From Octopus sinensis (lineage: Eukaryota), in contig NW_021834759.1 of the NCBI RefSeq assembly GCF_006345805.1, positions 1 to 31,364 on the forward strand: a DNA stretch of 31,364 nucleotides, written 5' to 3'. Below are positions 24,801 to 31,364 of the stretch, piece by piece. Position numbers and translations under genes: made by a program. The notes under the pieces were generated by a model. The model had not been told where the DNA came from and searched no databases. It saw nothing but the letters and a program-made list of their open reading frames with translations. Every line of letters starts with the position of its first letter. The first letter of the stretch is position 1.

Positions 24801-27800
24801 CTCTTATCTTCCTAACAAGTTCATTGTCTTCCATACTCTTATCTTCCTAACAAGTTTATTGTCTTCCATACTCTTATCTTCCTAACAAGTTCATTATCTT
24901 CCTAACAAGTTCATTGTCTTCCATACTCTTATCTTCCTAACAAGTTCATTATCTTCCATACTCTTATCTTCCTAACAAGTTCATTATCTTCCATACTCTT
25001 ATCTTCCTAACAAGTTCATTTTCTTCCATACTCTTATCTTCCTAACAAGTTCATTGTCTTCCATACTCTTATCTTCCTAACAAGTTCATTATCTTCCATA
25101 CTCTTATCTTCCTAACAAGTTCATTGTCTTCCATACTCTTATCTTCCTAACAAGTTCATTATCTTCCATACTCTTATCTTCCTAACAAGTTCATTATCTT
25201 CCATACTCTTATCTTCCTAACAAGTTCATTTTCTTCCATACTCTTATCTTCCTAACAAGTTCATTATCTTCCATACTCTTATCTTCCTAACAAGTTCATT
25301 GTCTTCCATACTCTTATCTTCCTAACAAGTTCATTGTCTTCCATACTCTTATCTTCCTAACAAGTTCATTGTCTTCCATACTCTTATCTTCCTAACAAGT
25401 TTATTATCTTCCATACTCTTATCTTCCTAACAAGTTCATTGTCTTCCATACTCTTACCTTCCTAACAAGTTCATTATCTTCAATACTCTTATCTTCCTAA
25501 CAAGTTCATTGTCTTCCATACTCTTATCTTCCTAACAAGTTCATTGTCTTCCATACTCTTATCTTCCTAACAAGTTCATTATCTTCCATACTCTTATCTT
25601 CCTAACAAGTTCATTGTCTTCCATACTCTTATCTTCCTAACATGTTCATTATCTTCCATACTCTTATCTTCCTAACAAGTTCATTATCTTCCATATTCTT
25701 ATCTTCCTAACAAGTTCATTGTCTTCCATACTCTTATCTTCCTAACAAGTTCTTCATTACTTCCATACTCTTATCTTCCTAACAAGTTCATTGTCTTCCA
25801 TACTCTTATCTTCCTAACAAGTTCATTGTCTTCCATACTCTTATCTTCCTAACAAGTTCATTGTCTTCCATACTCTTATCTTCCTAACAAGTTCATTGTC
25901 TTCCATACTCTTATCTTCCTAACAAGTTTATTATCTTCCATACTCTTATCTTCCTAACAAGTTTATTATCTTCCATACTCTTATCTTCCTAACAAGTTCA
26001 TTATCTTCCATACTCTTATCTTCCTAACAAGTTCATTGTCTTCCATACACTTATCTTCCTAACAAGTTCATTATCTTCCATACTCTTATCTTCCTAACAA
26101 GTTCATTGTCTTCCATACTCTTATCTTCCTAACAAGTTCATTGTCTTCCATACTCTTATCTTCCTAACAAGTTCATTATCTTCCATACTCTTATCTTCCT
26201 AACTAGTTCATTGTCTTCCATACTCTTATCTTCCTAACAAGTTCATTATCTTCCATACTCTTATCTTCCTAACAAGTTCATGGTCTTCCATACTCTTATC
26301 TTCCTAACAAATTCGTTGTCTTCCGTACTCTTATCTTCCTAACAAGTTCATTATCTTCCATATTCTTATCTTCCTAACAAGTTCATTGTCTTCCATACTC
26401 TTATCTTCCTAACAAGTTCATGGTCTTCCATACTCTTATCTTCCTAACAAGTTCATTGTCTTCCATACTCTTATCTTCCTAACAAGTTCATTGTCTTCCA
26501 TACTCTTACCTTCCTAACAAGTTCATTGTCTTCCATACTCTTATCTTCCTAACAAGTTCATTGTCTTCCATACTCTTATCTTCCTAACAAGTTCATTATC
26601 TTCCATACTCTTATCTTCCTAACAAGTTCATTGTCTTCCATACTCTTATTCCTAACAAGTTCATTGTCTTCCATACTCTTATCTTCCTAACAAGTTCATT
26701 ATCTTCCATACTCTTATCTTCCTAACAAGTTCATTGTCTTCCATACTCTTATCTTCCTAACAAGTTCATTGTCTTCCATACTCTTATCTTCCTAACAAGT
26801 TCATTGTCTTCCATACTCTTATCTTCCTAACAAGTTCATTGTCTTCCATACTCCTCCCATACCTGAAACTATCTCCTTTCTTGTACATTATCTCTGATTC
26901 TTTCAAGAATCTCACATTTTCTTCCAGATCATTTCTTCCCCCAGAATCTCTCTTCACATTTCTAGTGAAATATGCTCGCATCATTTCTTGCCAGTTTTCA
27001 TACATCCTCCATATTCAATGTAAAATAGCATGTAACAAATACACATCATATAATAATCTGTGGTTCATTTGGAGACACATTGTTGTTCTTACTACGAACT
27101 GTTCGTGTATATCTGCTACATAAACCCTTCCCCTCTATCAATATGACTACAATTCCACTGCACCTATTAAGTACACCATATAGTATTCCTATTACCCCAC
27201 ATTCTATTATCCTGCTTATCAGATATGGTGACTTCCCAGCAGTTGATGCATGTGTTTGGATGCAGTGATTCCTTTGGAATTGAAACCTTGTATGTGTATG
27301 GTGTAGATGGTGGTGACTCCTACCTTCTTTCTTACAAACTAAAACTCTTCTCATTTACAGGTCTACTTAAAAACCTCTCCATTATTAGAATTTCTGTAAA
27401 CTGTGGCCTTGATCCTTAGACAGATATCTTCATTATGAGTCATGAACCCAGAAAAGTTAGTCTGATGTCCCCTATAACATGTGATGTGTACCAAAGTGTA
27501 TTATATGTTGCGCTTTGTGTCATTGAGGTCAATCGGGTATTTTGTCTATTTGTATTTTAATTATCTGAGGTGTACCTAATATGACTGATATTGTTTGATA
27601 TACTAGTCCCCACTTTCTACATATTTCTAAATTTTGAAACTTTATAATTATTAATTAGCCAGAGGAGATCAGTTAGTGTGACTGCTTCTTCTCTCTGATG
27701 GTCGTTCAGGCTCTCATACACTTTGGCCTACACAAACCCTTCTACCATTTGTTTACCATAAATTTTCTCAATTGTAATTTTCAAATTTATTTTTAATTTC

Positions 27801-28225
27801 TTTTCCATCGTCATCCTTTATTATTCATTTATTCCAGCTTCTCCGATATTCTTCTCAACATCCTTAGAAATAGACAACAATGTCGAATATGAATCCTAAT
27901 TATTTTTACTTCTCCACTGATGTCGTTTCTTTAGTAAATTTATAACAACCTTCAGTACTCATCGTTTATATTATTGTTAATGTTGTTGCAGTCATTTCTT
28001 GTTGTTTCTTTTGCAGGTATTTTGTTAGAAATAAAATCTACCAAGCTGTATATTCTCAACCGTAACATTCGTAATGACGTTGTAAAACGGAACTATGAGA
28101 TGTTGTGTGAATGGTTTATGACTTGTGATCCAAAGAGATGTACATTCGATACATTGAAAGACGTCCTTAAAGAGATAGACTGTTATGGTGCGCTTGAATG
28201 TCTACCACGAGGCGTAATAAAGTGA
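1352..28225 (+). CDS. Spliced gene, 5'-partial: repetitive linker plus C-terminal Death-fold domain. Exons 1352-1429, 7843-7893, 9805-9855, 11970-12020, 14509-14559, 15367-15417, 18135-18206, 28017-28225
   Basis: All internal exons have AG/GT ends, lengths divisible by 3, phase 1-1, and no stops. Joined: EAPKFEDRCVQREATCQELGAASQAI (VNRTFEVKETQTLAEPV)x3 VRPKFKEKASQRVAEPV VRPKFKRKASQRVAEPV GIQLPRKQHLMNVAEELVDDWFLA GILLEIKSTKLYILNRNIRNDVVKRNYEMLCEWFMTCDPKRCTFDTLKDVLKEIDCYGALECLPRGVIK*. The last ~90 aa fit the Death-domain pattern (VAEEL..dW..aG..L.i ... ML.eW ... T...L..vL.eI). Confidence 0.75.
1682..1976 (-). mobile_element. RTE-family LINE/SINE 3' end with (ATG)n tail
   Basis: (CAT)8-cgtttaacgtccgt followed by sequence homologous to the RTE 3' UTRs at 3670-4020 (opposite strand) and 28618-28900. 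Confidence 0.8.
2004..2358. repeat. ~350-bp direct duplication, copy 2
   Basis: Matches 111-460. Confidence 0.9.
2360..2600 (-). mobile_element. Old degenerate RTE LINE C-terminal relic
   Basis: Minus strand reads RNEVSI...ELEAKL...AQERR...IKKCQEIQVEG, resembling the RTE C-terminus (cf. RDEVSM...VQERRL...KCHSLTVEG at 3340-3530). Confidence 0.6.
2620..4022 (+). mobile_element. 5'-truncated RTE-clade non-LTR retrotransposon (RT C-half, C-terminus, 3' UTR), frameshifted
   Basis: VHQGSVLSPLL, PWEPLYGDDLAL, LEVVNSFCYLGD, RLCWYGHVLRM and GRPRKTW motifs across shifted frames; 3' UTR ends gaaccgtccaaccca. Confidence 0.9.
5180..7090 (+). mobile_element. Decayed Sola-type (DDD) DNA transposon; transposase relic ~6040-7075
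   Basis: HHFIAE...LLDFTE*NYSFVVQDALQGFH...IHPFTIYYK, SICVISDCLKHD, YFSDGAADQYKN and VEWHF motifs with stops and frameshifts. Subfamily and termini unresolved. Confidence 0.6.
7843..7893 (+). CDS. Exon B1 (51 nt): VNRTFEVKETQTLAEPV
   Basis: tatttatttcag|TGAATC...CCTGTAG|gtgagtata; phase 1-1, open. Confidence 0.72.
8195..8598 (-). mobile_element. tRNA-derived SINE with internal (CATA)11
   Basis: Minus-strand head aggcgtaggagtggctgtgtggtaag (A box), ggttcagtccc (B box), then ccttgggcaagtg core. Confidence 0.85.
9805..9855 (+). CDS. Exon B2 (51 nt): VNRTFEVKETQTLAEPV
   Basis: tattcatttcag|...CCTGTTG|gtgagtata. Confidence 0.72.
10157..10596 (-). mobile_element. SINE paralog with (CATA)18
   Basis: Same position within the module as 8195-8598. 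Confidence 0.85.
11970..12020 (+). CDS. Exon B3 (51 nt): VNRTFEVKETQTLAEPV
   Basis: Identical to exon B2, same splice sites. Confidence 0.72.
12322..12702 (-). mobile_element. SINE paralog with ~12 CATA units and a ~38-bp internal deletion
   Basis: acgacgggc joined directly to tttggttgg. Confidence 0.85.
13000..13730 (+). mobile_element. Relic of a restriction-like-endonuclease (R2/NeSL/HERO-type) LINE reverse transcriptase
   Basis: CVEHVF*IWDTI*KAKK, VVWLDLANAYCSVPH (from 13114), GITVGCTIS; many stops. Confidence 0.7.
14509..14559 (+). CDS. Exon C1 (51 nt): VRPKFKEKASQRVAEPV
   Basis: tgtttatttcag|TGCGTC...CCAGTTG|gtgagtata; phase 1-1. Confidence 0.72.
15367..15417 (+). CDS. Exon C2 (51 nt): VRPKFKRKASQRVAEPV
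   Basis: Same splice sites; GAG to AGG (E to R) relative to C1. Confidence 0.72.
15741..15804. repeat. (TC)~32 microsatellite
   Basis: Direct reading; the paralog at 14879-14898 is (TC)10. Confidence 0.95.
16330..17640 (+). mobile_element. Second R2/HERO-type LINE relic, paralogous to 13000-14050
   Basis: AFVDDI (gcattcgtggatgacata) and tgcaaatagttctgg are shared with ~13400-13455; 17270-17380 resembles 13900-14050. Boundaries approximate. Confidence 0.5.
18135..18206 (+). CDS. Exon D (72 nt): GIQLPRKQHLMNVAEELVDDWFLA, Death-domain helix 1 and start of helix 2
   Basis: acttggaaatatttttttcag|...CTAGCTG|gtgagtataa; joins in frame to 28017. Confidence 0.8.
18857..18936. repeat. ~27-bp minisatellite, 3 copies
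   Basis: aaagccctctacatttytacatgtt unit, middle copy diverged. Confidence 0.8.
18990..20760 (+). mobile_element. Degenerate, internally deleted RTE LINE (APE, RT, C-terminus)
   Basis: VDVGCMQEVRWRG (endonuclease), YYERLFNEEN, ELFYAD, LEVVDSFC and GRGWPRK-like remnants. Confidence 0.8.
20510..21151. repeat. Foldback palindrome: 320-bp arms, 2-nt loop, 1 mismatch
   Basis: 20510-20829 is the reverse complement of 20832-21151 except 20721/20940; the mirrored ORFs 20559-20762(-) and 20899-21102(+) differ by one residue. Confidence 0.97.
21208..22562. repeat. Perfect 91-bp inverted repeat pair (21208-21298 / 22472-22562)
   Basis: Base-by-base reverse-complement match. Confidence 0.95.
22540..26853. 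repeat. 35-bp tandem satellite, ~123 copies
   Basis: Unit ttcctaacaagttcattgtcttccatactcttatc; main variants cattg/catta/catgg and occasional 1-nt deletions; no spacers. Confidence 0.97.
26841..27015 (-). mobile_element. RTE C-terminal relic from which the satellite emerges
   Basis: Homologous to 2430-2595 (cttccatactcctcccata...tcatttctt..cagttttcatacatcctc); reads RYGRSMEDNELVRK. Confidence 0.65.
28017..28225 (+). CDS. Terminal exon E: Death-domain helices 2-6 and stop
   Basis: Pyrimidine tract gttgtttcttttgcag; G|GT ATT TTG...AAG TGA; MLCEW and TFDTLKDVLKEI motifs. Confidence 0.82.
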
Positions 28226-28467
28226 ATTTTTGTGTAAATCTTGCTGCTTGACCACACAAAGACTTATGATGAAATGCATTCCAGTCAGGACCCTCTTCTC
28301 TTTATTCTACATATAGAAAAACCAAGTACAACATTGTCCAACATGTCCTACTTTAAGGTGACGATGTATGAATTAAGGATTTGGCTGCTAATTTTAGTAA
28401 ATCCACTTTACCACATACAATATCCCTTGCTGGTTTGGCTCCACTGTTGTTAGAGATTAGCATTTGA

Positions 28468-28473
28468 AATAAA
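28468..28473 (+). terminator. Candidate polyadenylation signal AATAAA
   Basis: ~240 nt after the stop, followed by U/GU-rich ttttcgtttgttcttgttg. Confidence 0.45.
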
Positions 28474-28617
28474 GATAAACCTTCAAATTTTCGTTTGTTC
28501 TTGTTGCTGTATATCTAAGCACCTCCCTAAACGCTTTCATTTTGTTTTATAGTCAGATTTCACATCCTCTGGTATGTTGATAGTCATCTACCTTCAGAGA
28601 ATTATGTATATATATAT

Positions 28618-30054
28618 CATCATCATCATCATCATCATTTAACGTCCGTTCTCCATGCTAGCATGGGTTGGACGGTTCAACTGGGGTCTGGGGAGCCCGA
28701 AAGCTGCACCAGTCCAGTCTTGATCTGGCAGTGTTTCTACAGCTGGATGCCCTTCCTAACGCCAACCACTCCGAGAGTGTAGTGGGTGATTTTATGTGCC
28801 ACCGACACAGGTGCCAGACGAGGCTGGCAAACGGCCACGCTCGGATGGTGTTTTTTATGTGCCACCGACACAGGTGCCAGACGAGGCTGGCAGACGGCCA
28901 CACTCGGATGGTGTTTTTATGTGCCACCGACACAGGTGCCAGATGAGGCTGGCAAACGGCCACGATCGGATGGTGTTTGTTACGTGCCCACAGCACGGAG
29001 GCCAGTCGATGCGGTACTGGCTACGGCCACGTTCGGATGGTTTTCTTGTGTGCCACGTGCCACCGGCACTGGTACCACAAAGATACAAATTCCATTGATG
29101 TTCATCTATTTTGATTTGTTTTGATTTTCACTTGCCTCAACAGGTCTTCACAAGTGTCACAGGAAGGAAGGTATGCACAGGTGGACTAACTACGTCCCAG
29201 GTAGGGGCCACAGGTTATGGCCTGACTAGTCTTGCCGGGTCTTCGGATGGTGTTTTTATGTGCCACCGACACAGGTGCTAGATGAGGCTGGCGAACGGCC
29301 ACGACCGGATGGTGTTTGTTATGTGCCCACAGCACGATGGCCAGTGATGCGGTACTGACTACGGCCACGTTCGGATGGATTCTTGTGTGCCACCGGCACT
29401 GGTACCACAAGCGGTACTGACTACGGCCACGTTCGGATGGATTCTTGTGTGCCACCGGCACTGGTACCACAAATATACAAATTCCATTGATGTTCATCTA
29501 TTTTGATTTGTTTTAATTTTCACTTGCCTCAACAGGTCTTCACAAGTGTCACAAGAAGGAAGGTATGTACAGGTGGACTACGTCCCAGGTAGGGCCCACG
29601 GGTTATGACCTGACTAGTCTTGCCGAGTCTTCGGATGGTGTTTTTATGTGCCACCATGTTCCCACAGCACGGAGGCCAGTCGATGCGGTACTGGCTACGG
29701 CCACGTTCGGATGGTTTCTTGTGTGCCACAGGCACTGGTACCACAAAGATACAAATTCCATTGATGTTCATCTATTTTGATTGATTTTCACTTGCCTCAG
29801 CAGGTCTTCACAAGTGTCACAAGAAGGAAGGTATGCACAGGTGGATCGACTACGTCCAGGTAGGGGCCACGGGATATGGCCTGACTAGTCCTGCCGGGTC
29901 CTCTCATGCACAGCACACTTCCATAGGACTCGGTCTTCAGTCATTTCCTTGGTGAGACCTAAAGTTCGAAGGTCGTGCTTCACCACCTCGTCCCAGGTTT
30001 TCCTGGGTCTACCTCTTCCACAGGTTCCCTCAACTGCTAGGGTGTAGCACTTTT
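28618..30054 (-). mobile_element. 5'-truncated RTE 3' end with expanded 3' UTR repeats and (ATG)7 tail
   Basis: AVEGTCGRGRPRKTWDEVVKHDL at ~30040-29960; ~62-bp units from 28796; ~230-bp block present three times. Confidence 0.85.
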
Positions 30055-30561
30055 GTAGTTAATTTCCTTAAGGTTATCCGTAGAAGTAGTTTTATATTTT
30101 TTGCTAAGTTCCCTCATGATGAGCGATTTGTAGGTTTGGTAGTCTAACCTATACCAGTTCCCAGTCTTGTCGGCGGGTATGATAAGACTATCATCGTTCC
30201 TAAGTGAATGCAGGAAATCTTTAAGGCTCCTTAAGTGGGTGTTGGAAATGGTCTTATGCTTACTAATGTTGATGTTGGTAATGAGGTCGATTAAGTCTTT
30301 TTCAAAATTTTCCAGTGCGTAGTTAGAGGGTGGGTTTCTTCTGCTTTTAAATATCTTCCTGTGTGCTATTTCTTCTTGGTTAGAGTTGGGGTTGCTTTTC
30401 CCCGGGTTATCGAAATGGTAGGCCGCCCACCTGATTCTTCTAATAAAGTCTGTGGTCCGGTGGATGAGGGTCGTCGTGTAAGTTTTGTTGGAGTGGAGAG
30501 GTATGTCCTTGGGAGAGAAGTTTGTGTGAATCCTTTGAATCTTCATGCTTGGGTTCGTCAA
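30047..30561 (-). mobile_element. Penelope-like element, N-terminal part of ORF (ends before the RT core)
   Basis: FSPKDIP..S.K.Y...LI.....FIRRIRW, FKS...P, FEKDL..LI, IIPADKTGN.Y, Y..L....L.K.YK; uninterrupted frame. Confidence 0.8.
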
Positions 30562-30659
30562 GTACTAAAGGTTGTCGCGGTTTCTTTACATTTTTTTTAC
30601 ATGTTTTCTTATATTCATATGTTTACACCTATTTGTATACATCTTTTAATATCTTATAG

Positions 30660-31080
30660 CTATACCCATATGCGCGTATGTCTCTGTGTGTGTATGTAAG
30701 TGTATATGTGCACGCACATATAGACACACAGCCGTGTGTGCGTGCACGTGTAGACGTGAGTGCGTGATTCTTTACATACGTTCTTATATACATCCTTTAA
30801 TATCTTATATCTAAACCTGGAAGCGTGGGCATATGTGTATGTGTATGTAAGGATGGACGCACGTATGTATATATGGGTGTGTACACGTATAATGTCCGTG
30901 TATATATGCGGATATTCTGTTGTATGTATGTATATGTACGCGCGTGCGTGTGGGTGTATGTGTGTTTATGTACATGTTTACACGTGAGTGCGTGTGTATG
31001 CTTATAGGCTTGGAGCCGTGTATGCGCGCGTATATGTGCGCGTGTATATGGGTGTATGTATCCATGATGGTATGTATGTA
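30660..31080. repeat. Degenerate (TG)/(TA)/(CG) purine-pyrimidine-alternating low-complexity tract
   Basis: Direct reading; explains the VCMYV/HTH-type ORFs. Confidence 0.9.
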
Positions 31081-31364
31081 CAAGATGACCAATTAATTCA
31101 AAGAACTAGATTAAACGCTCAACAGCTCTGATTTACAACACACTAGGTCCCCAGACGACCCTGTTGATTTATTGACACCCAAAACTTCTACAACTAAATT
31201 TTATCAATCTCCTGACCACCATGTTTGTCCGTAACCTCTATACATCCTTATCTTTATATTTTTTACATTTTTATCATGTTTATTCCTATTTTATTTTTTT
31301 ACTTTTTACTTTTATTTCTATTTCTATTTTTACTTTATAACCTTATGCCTTTACATTCATTTAT

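Noticed and set aside
22540-26853. CRISPR array
   Set aside because: 35-bp repeats are head-to-tail with no unique spacers, no cas genes, and the context is eukaryotic.
1352-28225. Assigning a gene symbol (UNC5, ankyrin, FADD, RIPK, TNFR)
   Set aside because: Only the Death fold and linker are visible; the N-terminal domains are outside the window.
30562-31364. Hammerhead ribozyme expected near Penelope pLTRs
   Set aside because: A GAAAC-like piece is present near 30575 (minus strand) but no CTGA-N-GA core could be found by eye.

Overview
Eukaryotic, AT-rich, repeat-dense animal DNA, not prokaryotic. The (CAT)n-gtttaacgtccg RTE tails and (CATA)n tRNA-derived SINEs look like Octopus/cephalopod repeats (recognition, not a database result). 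Most ORF-track entries are noise or transposon debris. The main signal is absent from the ORF track: the 3' part of a + strand spliced gene with seven short, mutually homologous phase-1/phase-1 exons (78, 51, 51, 51, 51, 51, 72 nt), each inside a duplicated intron module, followed by a terminal exon at 28017-28225. Spliced in order they give 204 codons plus a stop: a repetitive linker and a C-terminal Death-fold domain. The first Death-domain exon is itself a member of the duplicated exon family. The last intron (18207-28016) holds an RTE relic, a 642-bp near-perfect foldback, a perfect 91-bp inverted repeat and a ~4.3-kb 35-bp satellite derived from RTE coding sequence. Other content: RTE LINE pieces, a Sola-type transposase relic, R2/HERO-type LINE relics, SINEs, and a Penelope-like ORF abutting an RTE 3' end. 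Exon usage is inferred from sequence only; no transcript data.
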